Assembly: GCA_043721855.1 (NCBI GenBank)
Contig: JAYSPY010000002.1
Span: 8,434 to 72,433, forward strand
Reading direction: 5' to 3'
Origin: Pseudorhodobacter sp.
GTDB lineage: Bacteria > Pseudomonadota > Alphaproteobacteria > Rhodobacterales > Rhodobacteraceae
DNA length: 64,000 nt
The position numbers were made by a program, and so were the translations under genes. Below the pieces are notes generated by a model. The model was not told the origin of the DNA and did no database searches. It saw nothing but the letters and a program-made list of their open reading frames with translations. Of the stretch, positions 1 through 8,683 are shown piece by piece. Position 1 is the first letter of the stretch. Each line of letters opens with the position of its first letter.

Positions 1-390
1 CGTGAAGCGGTAGGTATCAGACAAATCAGCAGCTGCCAGATACCGAAATGCCGGGTGATATCGCATCATGAAACCCACCATCGAACGCTCGGCCACCGGG
101 GCCGCCGCCGTGGCGATCAGCCCCAATTCGGCCGCGCAAAAAGCCAGCGGCTTTTCCACATAAAACGGCACATTTGCCGCGCCACAAGCTGCAATCAGTT
201 CCAGCCGGATTTGCGTGGCCGTCGCGATCACAACGCCTTGAATGTCGCCCTGTGCCAACCGGTCAGCCAGCATCTGCGCCGAATAACCGCGCCACGGGAT
301 AAGCGCCACCGAAGCCCCCAAAGCGACCAGATTTTCGGCATGCCTGCGCCCGATAGACCCCGCTCCGATGACCAGAACCTGCACGGCCAT
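1..390 (-). CDS. Gfo/Idh/MocA-family NAD(P)-dependent oxidoreductase, N-terminal ~130 aa only (gene runs off the left edge)
   Basis: Absent from the ORF track because it is truncated. My translation of the minus strand from ATG (complement of 388-390) gives MAVQVLVIGAGSIGRRHAENLVALGASVALIPW...VPFYVEKPLAF, with a GxGxxG Rossmann start and the EKP motif of this family. The start lies 8 nt after the galE stop, so same operon. Confidence 0.7.
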   Translation of the reverse strand, partial: MAVQVLVIGAGSIGRRHAENLVALGASVALIPWRGYSAQMLADRLAQGDIQGVVIATATQIRLELIAACGAANVPFYVEKPLAFCAAELGLIATAAAPVAERSMVGFMMRYHPAFRYLAAADLSDTYRFT

Positions 391-397
391 ACCGCGC

Positions 398-1384
398 CTA
401 TTCCGCAAAGCCGGGGCGCTGGCTCCAGCCCCAGGCATCGGCGATCATCTGTGGCAGGGTTGACATTGCTGGTGTCCAGCCCAATTCCACCCGCGCGCGT
501 TCAGACCCTGACACAAGCGCCGCCGCATCGCCCGCCCGCCGCGCACCTTCCGTGACTTGGATGGCGCGGTTCGTAACACCGCGTGCGTGATCTATCACTT
601 CGCGCACTGAAAAGCCGCGCCCGGTGCCCAGATTGAACACCCGGTTGCCATGTCCGTCCAGCAACCATTGCAGACCCAGAACATGCGCCCCGACCAGATC
701 CATCACATGCACATAATCGCGAATGCAAGTGCCATCGCGGGTTGCGTAATCGGTGCCATAGACCGTCAGCTTTGGCCGCGCGCCGGATATGGTTTCCAGC
801 ATCAGCGGAATCAGATGCGTCTCTGGCCGGTGCTGCTCGCCTACATCACCCTCAGGATCGGCACCCGCCACGTTGAAATAGCGAAAGATCACATGGTTCA
901 ACCCGTGGCTTTCACCAAAATTCGCCAGCATATCCTCTATCGCGCGCTTGCTGGCGCCGTAAGCATTGATCGGGCGCTGCGGCGTTTCTTCATCCAGATG
1001 CATACCGTCGGGGTTGCCGTAAACTGCACATGTTGATGAAAAAACGACGTTTTTGACGCCCGCCGCCAGCGATGCCTCGATCAGGTTCAGCGAGCCGCCA
1101 ACATTGACCCGCCAATATTGCCCCGGATCGCGCGATGCATCACCGACCAGCGCCAGAGCCGCAAAATGCATCACGGCCACGGGGTTATAATGCGCAAATG
1201 CGGCATCAAGGGCTGCGCGGTCCATCAAATCGCCCTGCACGAACGGCCCGTATCTTACCGCGTCACGCCAGCCCGTCGCCAGATTGTCAAAAGTCACGGG
1301 CACGTAGCCTGCCCGTGCCAAAACCTTGCAGGCATGCGCGCCGATATAGCCGGCACCGCCAGTGACCAAAATATGCTTAGACAA
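398..1384 (-). CDS. galE: UDP-glucose 4-epimerase
   Basis: ILVTGGAGYIGAHACKVL...YGASKRAIE (SDR YxxxK), full-length GalE-like. ORF track extends to 1492. I prefer the TTG at 1384 (LSKHILVTGG), preceded by a G-rich SD-like GGGGTGGGCGGG; ATG at 1429 is the alternative. Confidence 0.9.
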   Translation of the reverse strand: MSKHILVTGGAGYIGAHACKVLARAGYVPVTFDNLATGWRDAVRYGPFVQGDLMDRAALDAAFAHYNPVAVMHFAALALVGDASRDPGQYWRVNVGGSLNLIEASLAAGVKNVVFSSTCAVYGNPDGMHLDEETPQRPINAYGASKRAIEDMLANFGESHGLNHVIFRYFNVAGADPEGDVGEQHRPETHLIPLMLETISGARPKLTVYGTDYATRDGTCIRDYVHVMDLVGAHVLGLQWLLDGHGNRVFNLGTGRGFSVREVIDHARGVTNRAIQVTEGARRAGDAAALVSGSERARVELGWTPAMSTLPQMIADAWGWSQRPGFAE

Positions 1385-1739
1385 ACCCGCCCACCCCCAA
1401 AGCCGATGCACCGCTGTTGCGATAATCATTTTGATGGGAAATGTCGACTGTGCAATAGCCGCTTCCAAGCCGCCTGTTGCAAAGCATCCCACACCAGCAC
1501 AACAGCAACAAAAAAGCGGCCGGACACCCAGTTGATTTTGGCCGGCCTATCACAAACGCCGAGCCAACTGCCAAACGGCCAAGCCATCGCAATGGCGGTG
1601 CACGCAGTGGTCGCATCCGGCGCCACATACCGAAAAAGAAAACTTCTGATTTAGCGTAAATGCAAAATTAAGTCTGCCGCCTCAGGATGCAATCATCAGC
1701 GCGAATCTTTCCACCACTCGGCTGGAAAAAGCGAACCTT

Positions 1740-4310
1740 TTGGGGATGCCGATGTTTTACACCAGATTTGCGGCCCTTTTTGCACATTACTGTGCGGTTC
1801 ATCTTACTGCCGCCGGGCGCACCATCCCGTTGGTCGGCGATACCGGGCAGATGTTGGGGCACATCGACCGGGTCTGTCTGCAAGGTCCGCGCCTGATCAT
1901 TGAAGGGTGGGCAGACAGCGATCAGATCGTGGTTGCGCATGCAGGCCTGCGCCATACCGCAACACCCGCTTTGGCACGGCCTGACGTGCTTGCGGCGCAC
2001 CCGCATCTGCTCGCGCCGTCGCCCGGATTTAGCGTGAATTTGCCGCGTGGGGATGGGCCTGTCACCTTTAGTCTGATGCAGGGCTCAGACCGGCTGGTCT
2101 TTCAGGTGCCACAACCCGATCCCTCGACCCTGCGCCATGCGCAGATGCGCCTGATCTGGCCCTTCGTGCGCGACCTTACACGCGGAGTTCCGGCATTTCT
2201 GCATTGGTTGGCCACGAAAGATCCCGCCGATCGCACGCGCTTGAAGCGGGCACTTCGGCTGGAGATACCTTTGTCTACCCGGCAGATGCAGCCCTTGCTG
2301 TTTTTGGCCGACTGTCTGGCGACACTGCCCACCAAGCGCCACCCGGCAGAACTGGCCCGCTTGCAGCCTGCACCGTTGGCCCAAACTGGGATTACAATCG
2401 TTTTGCCTGTTTTCAATGCGCTTGATTTGCTGCCAGAAGTGCTGCACCGGATTGCGCATCACACAGATGTGCCGTGGCGGTTGATCTTGATCGAAGATGC
2501 GTCATCCGATCCTGCCCTAAGCCCCTTTTTGCGCGGTTGGGTGCACGATCAAAAGGCGCTGCACCAAAACCGAATACTGCTTATTGAGAACGCTGAAAAT
2601 CAGGGGTTTATCCGCTCCGTCAACACGGGCCTGATGCGCGCCATTGAATACGGCGACCATGTGGTGTTGCTGAACTCAGATGCTTTTGTGCCGCAGGCCT
2701 GGGCCAGCCGCCTGATGCGACCGATTTTGCACCATGACCGCGTGGCCACCGTCACGCCGATGTCGAATAACGCAGAAATTTTTAGCACCCCTGTGATATG
2801 TCAAGCTGGCATTTTACAGCCCGGTGACGGTGACGCGATAGATGCGGTTGCCGCAAAAATTCATCCCGACGCTGGCCTTGCCGAAGCGCCAACCGGGGTT
2901 GGGTTCTGTATGGCCATGTCGATTGAATTCTTGCGCCGCATTCCGCAGCTGGACCCAGCCTTTGGCCGTGGCTATGGCGAAGAGGTGGATTGGTGCCAAA
3001 AAGCGCGCGCGCTTGGCGGGCGGCATCTTGGCTTGGCGAACCTGTTTGTTGAACATCGCGGCGGCACATCATTTGGATCTGCTGAAAAGCGTCGCCTTGT
3101 CGCGCGCAACAATGCGATCATTTCGCAGCGCTACCGCGGTTATGACGCCGATGTGCAACGCTTTATTGCCGATGATCCTTTGGTCGCGTCACGTCTGGCG
3201 CTGGCCATTGCGTGGTCGGCACGGCAGGCGAAAGGGCCAATCGCGTTGTTTCTGGCGCATAACCTTGGCGGTGGAGCGGACGATTATCTGACGCAGCGAA
3301 TCGCCGAAGCGCTGCCCAACTGCGCCCTTGTGTTGCGGGTTGGCACAAAGTTTCGCTGGCAGTTGGAACTGCATACGCCAGATGGCATCACGAAGGGTGG
3401 TACTGATGATTTTGCCCTGATCCAACGTATGCTCGACCCCGTGGACCAATTGCGCATCGTTTATTCTTGTGGCGTAGGGGGCCGTGATCCCATCACTTTA
3501 CCAGAAAGGTTGGCGGCACTGCGGCGTGGGCCAAGTGACCAGATAGAAGTGCTTTTACATGATTACCTGACCATCAGCCCGTCTTATACTTTGCTGAACA
3601 GCAAGGGGCGCTATATGGGCGTGCCAGACGGTGCCTCCGTTGACGCGGCCCATTGTGTGCGGGGATCAGGGCCTGGCAAAATGACCTTGTCAGATTGGCG
3701 CAAATCATGGGGCCGCCTGATTGAACAGGCCGACGACATTGTCTGCTTTTCCGACAATAGCGCACAATTATTCCTGACTGCATATCCCTCAGCAAAGCAT
3801 AAGCTGCGGGTGCAGCCCCACAAAATGCTGGTAGATGTCCATTGTCTGGCGAACAAACCGCACGGGGCAGCCGTGGTGATCGGCGTGCTTGGCAACATTG
3901 GGGTGCAGAAGGGCGCGGGGGTTTTGCAAGACCTGTCACACAGGCTTGCGGCTGTCAAAGGGGCCAGGCTTATCGTCCTGGGACGGGTCGACCCGACCTA
4001 TCCGCTTGGTGCCACAGCCCATATCCACGGCGGATACCTGCGCCCCGAAATTCCGGCGCTGGTCGCACGTTACGGCATCACAGATTGGTTGATACCGTCC
4101 ATCTGGCCAGAAACATTTTCGTATACCACCCATGAAGCGATTGCCACCGGGCTGCCGGTTTGGGGCTTTGATCTGGGGGCACAGGCGGATGCCATCCGCA
4201 ACACCAAGCGCGGCGGCGTGATTGCAATTCCGGACGGTGTGCCCGATCTGGGTGCGCTTTTTGACGCCCTGTTACAGCCGACACTCAGCTTTGAAAGCGC
4301 CGCCGCATGA
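1740..4310 (+). CDS. Multi-domain glycosyltransferase: N-terminal ~210 aa unknown, GT2 (GT-A) domain, middle region, C-terminal GT-B/GT4-like domain
   Basis: GT2 signature ITIVLPVFNALDLLPEVLHRI...LILIEDASSD...VLLNSDAF. C-terminus VIGVLGNIGVQKGAGVL...IPSIWPETFSYTTHEAIATGLPVWGFDLG resembles the GT-B retaining-transferase C-terminal motif. Stop overlaps the next start (ATGA at 4307-4310). Confidence 0.8.
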   Translation: MGMPMFYTRFAALFAHYCAVHLTAAGRTIPLVGDTGQMLGHIDRVCLQGPRLIIEGWADSDQIVVAHAGLRHTATPALARPDVLAAHPHLLAPSPGFSVNLPRGDGPVTFSLMQGSDRLVFQVPQPDPSTLRHAQMRLIWPFVRDLTRGVPAFLHWLATKDPADRTRLKRALRLEIPLSTRQMQPLLFLADCLATLPTKRHPAELARLQPAPLAQTGITIVLPVFNALDLLPEVLHRIAHHTDVPWRLILIEDASSDPALSPFLRGWVHDQKALHQNRILLIENAENQGFIRSVNTGLMRAIEYGDHVVLLNSDAFVPQAWASRLMRPILHHDRVATVTPMSNNAEIFSTPVICQAGILQPGDGDAIDAVAAKIHPDAGLAEAPTGVGFCMAMSIEFLRRIPQLDPAFGRGYGEEVDWCQKARALGGRHLGLANLFVEHRGGTSFGSAEKRRLVARNNAIISQRYRGYDADVQRFIADDPLVASRLALAIAWSARQAKGPIALFLAHNLGGGADDYLTQRIAEALPNCALVLRVGTKFRWQLELHTPDGITKGGTDDFALIQRMLDPVDQLRIVYSCGVGGRDPITLPERLAALRRGPSDQIEVLLHDYLTISPSYTLLNSKGRYMGVPDGASVDAAHCVRGSGPGKMTLSDWRKSWGRLIEQADDIVCFSDNSAQLFLTAYPSAKHKLRVQPHKMLVDVHCLANKPHGAAVVIGVLGNIGVQKGAGVLQDLSHRLAAVKGARLIVLGRVDPTYPLGATAHIHGGYLRPEIPALVARYGITDWLIPSIWPETFSYTTHEAIATGLPVWGFDLGAQADAIRNTKRGGVIAIPDGVPDLGALFDALLQPTLSFESAAA

Positions 4311-5047
4311 CACAGATAGCCGTCGCCATTCCCATTCTTTACGCCCAAGGGATCGAGGTTCTGCGCCGCCCCGGTGGTGGATCTGCGGTCAACCTTCCCC
4401 GTCATACGGTGCTGGAGGCACCTTCCAGCCTGAAATGGGCGACGTTTGAACACTCAATCGAAATGGGTGCATTTTCTTATCAAGTCTCTGGCAGTTGTAT
4501 CGCGGCCCGGATCGGGCGCTACTGCTCGTTTGGCGAAGAGGTGCAAATTGGCCGCCAAAACCACCCGACAACCTGGGCATCAACCAGCCCCGCCTTTTAC
4601 CTATGCGATCAGATGATCGCATTGGCAGACGGTTTTCGCGGGGCGTCCGACTATCACGCCTATAGCATCACGGCAGACGAAGCCCCCACACATGCGCGCA
4701 TCACCACCATCGGCAATGATGTCTGGATCGGCCACGGCGCATTGATCTGCGCCGGGGTCACCATCGGTGACGGCGCCATTGTGGCGGCACATGCGGTGGT
4801 GTCAAAAGACGTGCCACCTTACGCCGTTGTTGCCGGAAACCCGGCGGTAATCAAACGATTCAGGCTGCCGGTGCAATTGATATCGCCGATGCTACGCTGC
4901 CGCTGGTGGCGCTTTGCGCCGTGGCAACTGGCGCATCTTAACCCGGCCCGACCAGAGGCGTTTATTGCCGGGATATTCCAGATGGCGGATGCAGAGCCGT
5001 TTTCGCCCAGTGTGATAGACCTGCGAAAGGACGGCCCATGGACCTGA
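4307..5047 (+). CDS. Hexapeptide-repeat (left-handed beta-helix) O-acetyltransferase, CatB/XAT-like
   Basis: IGNDVWIGHGALICAGVTIGDGAIVAAHAVVSKDVPPYAVVAGNPAVIKRFR hexapeptide repeats. Start overlaps the upstream stop; its 3' end overlaps the next gene by 10 nt. Confidence 0.85.
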   Translation: MTQIAVAIPILYAQGIEVLRRPGGGSAVNLPRHTVLEAPSSLKWATFEHSIEMGAFSYQVSGSCIAARIGRYCSFGEEVQIGRQNHPTTWASTSPAFYLCDQMIALADGFRGASDYHAYSITADEAPTHARITTIGNDVWIGHGALICAGVTIGDGAIVAAHAVVSKDVPPYAVVAGNPAVIKRFRLPVQLISPMLRCRWWRFAPWQLAHLNPARPEAFIAGIFQMADAEPFSPSVIDLRKDGPWT

Positions 5048-5796
5048 CGCATGCGCCAATTGTATTTTTGCACATCCCAAAAACCGCGGGTCAGACCGTC
5101 CATAACAGCCTGTCGCGGGTGGTGAAGGCCCGCCGTGTTTCGCCCATTCGGGTGCATACCCAAGCTGCCTTGGCACGCGACCAATATCCACCGGGCTACT
5201 CGCTTTATTCCGGGCATCTGGATTGGACGGCACTGGATCATTTGCCCGCTGCACGGTTTGTCTTTACCGTGCTGCGCGACCCGGGCGAGCGTATTGCGTC
5301 GTTCTACTTTTATCTGCAACGCGAAGCCGCCGCCCTTCGGCCAAAAGCCCTGAATCAGCCGCAAAATATTGGGTTGAAACGGGCATTGGAATGGTCGCCA
5401 GATGACTATTTCTTTGGTGGCGATGAGGCTTGGCAAGTGTTTGTGCGCAGCCATTACGACAATTTCTACTGCACTTATTTCGCTACCCGCCGCATGCTGG
5501 GTTGGGGGGCTGCGCAAGACTTTTCGTCAAGACAGCTATTGGCAAAGGCCCGGCTGGGCTTGGCGGCCATCGACCATAGTTATTCAACCAATGATATGGC
5601 GCGACTTGAAAACTCGTTTGTTGCCCGTTTTGGCATCGAGCTGCACCTTGCCGACCGGTTCGACAACACCAGCGCCGAACCCGTAAACCTGCGACGCTGG
5701 CCGCGCCTGTTGGCCAGCTTTGGCACCGACATCGCGGCGCAGCGTATGCTGAATTTTGTGCAATGGGATCAAATGTTGACAGAGGGTTTGCTGTAA
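5038..5796 (+). CDS. PAPS-dependent sulfotransferase (family-2-like carbohydrate sulfotransferase)
   Basis: 5'-phosphosulfate-binding loop FLHIPKTAGQTV near the N-terminus and 3'-phosphate-binding motif VLRDPGERIASFYFY ~70 aa later. Last gene of the GT-acetyltransferase-sulfotransferase operon. Confidence 0.75.
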   Translation: MDLTHAPIVFLHIPKTAGQTVHNSLSRVVKARRVSPIRVHTQAALARDQYPPGYSLYSGHLDWTALDHLPAARFVFTVLRDPGERIASFYFYLQREAAALRPKALNQPQNIGLKRALEWSPDDYFFGGDEAWQVFVRSHYDNFYCTYFATRRMLGWGAAQDFSSRQLLAKARLGLAAIDHSYSTNDMARLENSFVARFGIELHLADRFDNTSAEPVNLRRWPRLLASFGTDIAAQRMLNFVQWDQMLTEGLL

Positions 5797-5802
5797 CCTG
5801 TA

Positions 5803-6609
5803 TCAATCCACCAACAAATCGCGGTGCGCATGACGCAGCAGCAAAAGCCCCACCGCAAAACAAACCAACGATACCAAAATCACATAGCCCGATGACGCAT
5901 AGCTGGCGCTGTAACTTGGGTAAAACCCAGCCCGCATAATGCCAATCGTATGCACCAATGGGTTGAACCACAAAACGTCTTGCATCATCCCGGGCATCGC
6001 GTTGAACAAAAAGAAAATGCCCGAAATCAGGAACAGCGGTCGCGTCAGGATAGACCATACCATTTGCCACACCGCAAAGCGCGCGATCAGATAGGCGTTC
6101 AACGTGCCAATCCCCAGCGCCAGCAGTGCCGTCAACGCAAAGCTTTGCACGATCAGCATTGGTTGCGGCAATGTGCGGGTATCGTAGATCATCAAAATGC
6201 CGCCAAACACCAGATACCCAACCATGCCTTGAGTCACAGTATTGACCACAAACCGCGCAAGCAACGCATCAACAAAGGTCACTGCAGGATAGGCCAGCAG
6301 CGCCCTGGAAAACAGCAACGCCGTCGATACCCGGTTGCAAACAGAGTTGAACATCATGAACGGCAAGATCCCAGTCGCATAAAAGATCGGAAAATTTGTG
6401 CCCAAAGAAGGCGCGCTGAAACCAAATGAAAAAATCAATGTCAGGATTGCTATGCCACCCAACGGCTCCAGCACGGCCCAAAGATAGCCGCCCGGTGACC
6501 GGCCATAGGTTGTGGCCATTTCACGCAGCATCAGTGCCAAAATTGCGCGCATCGTCGCAAAATGGCGCGGTTTTGTCTGCGGCCGAAGTGGGGTAAAATC
6601 TTGCATCAT
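5803..6609 (-). CDS. kpsM: Capsular polysaccharide ABC exporter permease (ABC-2 type)
   Basis: LREMATTYGRSPGGYLWAVLEPLGGIAIL... plus six predicted TM segments, KpsM/CtrC-like. Start trimmed from 6690 to the MMQDF methionines (6609/6606); ATG at 6552 also possible. Confidence 0.8.
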   Translation of the reverse strand: MMQDFTPLRPQTKPRHFATMRAILALMLREMATTYGRSPGGYLWAVLEPLGGIAILTLIFSFGFSAPSLGTNFPIFYATGILPFMMFNSVCNRVSTALLFSRALLAYPAVTFVDALLARFVVNTVTQGMVGYLVFGGILMIYDTRTLPQPMLIVQSFALTALLALGIGTLNAYLIARFAVWQMVWSILTRPLFLISGIFFLFNAMPGMMQDVLWFNPLVHTIGIMRAGFYPSYSASYASSGYVILVSLVCFAVGLLLLRHAHRDLLVD

Positions 6610-6732
6610 AAGCTTAGCACATACCCAAAATCCGGCAATTGCAAAGCACAAAACACGAACAATTTGATCGACTTTCAGGGCGCATTCCAACCCGTGGATA
6701 ACGCGGCATTAAGGAATCTTACGTTACCCCGG

Positions 6733-7995
6733 ATGCACAAGACCCCTGCCACAAGGAACGCCCACTTGGCCCTGTTCAACGCAACCGCTCCGCTCGGTTT
6801 AACCACGCAGCTTGTCAAAGTGGCAAAAACGGCCATCACGCCGCTGGGTCGGGATTTTTCGCAAACTATCGCGCCGCCCGTGCGCCATGCCCGCATCGCA
6901 CCCCGGCACATCGGCCTGATGATCAGTTTTGTTTTGTGTGTTTTGCTGCCGTCAGCGGTGACGGGTTGGTATCTTTGGGCCCGCGCCGCTGACCAATACG
7001 CATCGACCCTTGGCTTTTCTGTGCGCAAAGAAAAAGTCAACTCGGCAATAGAATTGCTGGGTGGTTTTAGCAACCTGACCGGGTCAAGCTCTGCTGATAC
7101 CGACATCCTTTATCACTATATGCACAGCCAAAAACTGGTGTCAGAAATTGATGCAAGCCTTGATCTGCGTGCGCTCTGGTCAAAGCCTGATCATGATCCG
7201 ATCTTTGCTTATTCTGCCCCGGGGTCCATCGAGACGCTGGTCGGGTATTGGTCAGATCAGGTGCAGGTCACCTATGATAATGCCACGCGGCTGATTGAAA
7301 TTCGCGTTCTGGCCTTTGATCCGGCCGATGCCCAGGCCATCGCCAAGCAGCTTTTCGACAAATCCACAGCCATGATCAACCAGTTGAATGACACGGCACA
7401 GGCCGACGCCTTGCGCTTTGCCTCTGGTGAACGCGGCAAAGCCGAGGCGCGGTTGCAATCGGCGCGTGCTGCCATGACTGCGTTTCGCAATAAAACCCAA
7501 ACCATTGATCCTGCGTCAGATTTGCAAAGCCAGGCCGGGCTTTTGGCCAACCTGCAATCGCAACTGGCAGAGGCGTTGATCGACAGTGATATGCTGGCCG
7601 CCAGCACGCAAAATTCCAACGCGCGCGGCACGCACGCCGCCACCCGGATCAAGGTTATCGAAAACCGGATCAGCGCCGAAAGGGCAAAGCTGGGGTTGGG
7701 CGAGGCCGGGGCCACCACACAGGTGTTTGCAACTATGGTCGGCGAATATGAACGGCTGTTGGTGGACCGCGAGTTTGCTGAAACCGGCTACCGGGCATCG
7801 CAAATGGCTTTTGAAGCAGCGCAAGTTGATGCGCGTCGCCAGACCCTGTATCTTGCGGCGCATATCACCCCGACCCTGGCTGAAACGGCGCAATTTCCGC
7901 GGCGACACATTATCCTTGGCACAGTTGTGATGTTCTTGGCGCTTGCATGGTCGATTGCTGCCATGGTCTTTTATTCTGTGCGGGACCGGCGTTGA
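6733..7995 (+). CDS. kpsE: Capsule export inner-membrane/periplasmic protein (PCP-3 family, KpsE/RkpR-like)
   Basis: N-terminal TM (MISFVLCVLLPSAVTGWYLW), FSVRKE, long coiled-coil middle, C-terminal TM (GTVVMFLALAWSIAAMVFY). Start trimmed from 6562 to ATG 6733 so it does not overlap divergent kpsM. Confidence 0.75.
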   Translation: MHKTPATRNAHLALFNATAPLGLTTQLVKVAKTAITPLGRDFSQTIAPPVRHARIAPRHIGLMISFVLCVLLPSAVTGWYLWARAADQYASTLGFSVRKEKVNSAIELLGGFSNLTGSSSADTDILYHYMHSQKLVSEIDASLDLRALWSKPDHDPIFAYSAPGSIETLVGYWSDQVQVTYDNATRLIEIRVLAFDPADAQAIAKQLFDKSTAMINQLNDTAQADALRFASGERGKAEARLQSARAAMTAFRNKTQTIDPASDLQSQAGLLANLQSQLAEALIDSDMLAASTQNSNARGTHAATRIKVIENRISAERAKLGLGEAGATTQVFATMVGEYERLLVDREFAETGYRASQMAFEAAQVDARRQTLYLAAHITPTLAETAQFPRRHIILGTVVMFLALAWSIAAMVFYSVRDRR

Positions 7996-8648
7996 TTGCG
8001 CTGCAAAACCTGACCAAGACATTTCAATTGGGCGGCGTGGCAAAAACCGTGCTGCACAAGACCGATATGGTGTTCCCGTCGGGCAAATCCGTGGCTTTGC
8101 TGGGCCGCAATGGTGCGGGCAAATCCACCCTGCTGCGGCTAATTGCGGGCACGCTGAACCCGACATCTGGTCAGGTGCGCCGGGTGGGATCGGTGTCTTG
8201 GCCGGTTGGGTTTGCGGGGTCTTTTCACGGCGATCTGACGGGCGCGCAAAATACCCGGTTCATTGCCCGGATCTACGGCGTCGATGGCGACGAATTGATA
8301 GATTTCACCGCCAGTTTTGCCGATCTAGGCGCGCATTTTCGCCTGCCCTTTCGCACCTATTCATCGGGGATGAAGGCGCGCCTCGCGTTTGGCGTATCCA
8401 TGGGCATCGCATTCGATACTTATCTGGTGGACGAGGTGACCGCCGTCGGAGACGCGGTCTTTCGCACCAAAAGCAACGCGCTTTTCCTGGCCCGAATGCA
8501 ACAAGCAGGGTCCGTTGTGGTCAGCCATTCCATGGGTCTTGTGCGCGAACTTTGCGATGCCGCCGCCGTGCTGGAGGCGGGGAAGATGATCTATTACGAC
8601 GATGTCGCCGCCGCAATAGACCACCACGAACGCAACTTATTGGGATAG
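7947..8648 (+). CDS. kpsT: Capsular polysaccharide ABC exporter ATP-binding protein
   Basis: Walker A LLGRNGAGKSTLL, signature YSSGMKARLAF, Walker B TYLVDE. A TTG at 7992 overlapping the kpsE TGA (TTGA) is an alternative start. Confidence 0.85.
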   Translation: MVDCCHGLLFCAGPALIALQNLTKTFQLGGVAKTVLHKTDMVFPSGKSVALLGRNGAGKSTLLRLIAGTLNPTSGQVRRVGSVSWPVGFAGSFHGDLTGAQNTRFIARIYGVDGDELIDFTASFADLGAHFRLPFRTYSSGMKARLAFGVSMGIAFDTYLVDEVTAVGDAVFRTKSNALFLARMQQAGSVVVSHSMGLVRELCDAAAVLEAGKMIYYDDVAAAIDHHERNLLG

Positions 8649-8654
8649 CATTCT

Positions 8655-8676
8655 GATTTTTGGTCTGCCAAAAATC
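8655..8676. terminator. Perfect 9-bp inverted repeat between convergent kpsT and RTX gene (possible bidirectional terminator)
   Basis: GATTTTTGG-TCTG-CCAAAAATC. No flanking U-tract outside the stem, so weak as a canonical intrinsic terminator. Confidence 0.4.
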
Positions 8677-8683
8677 GAACCGC

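Noticed and set aside
55-555. 166-aa plus-strand ORF at the left edge.
   Set aside because: It is antisense to the truncated Gfo/Idh/MocA oxidoreductase and to the 3' end of galE, and its product is Arg/Pro/His-rich junk.
8655-8676. The inverted repeat after kpsT and the hairpin at 13715-13742 considered as confident intrinsic terminators.
   Set aside because: Kept only as low-confidence features. Neither has a U-tract following the stem in either orientation.
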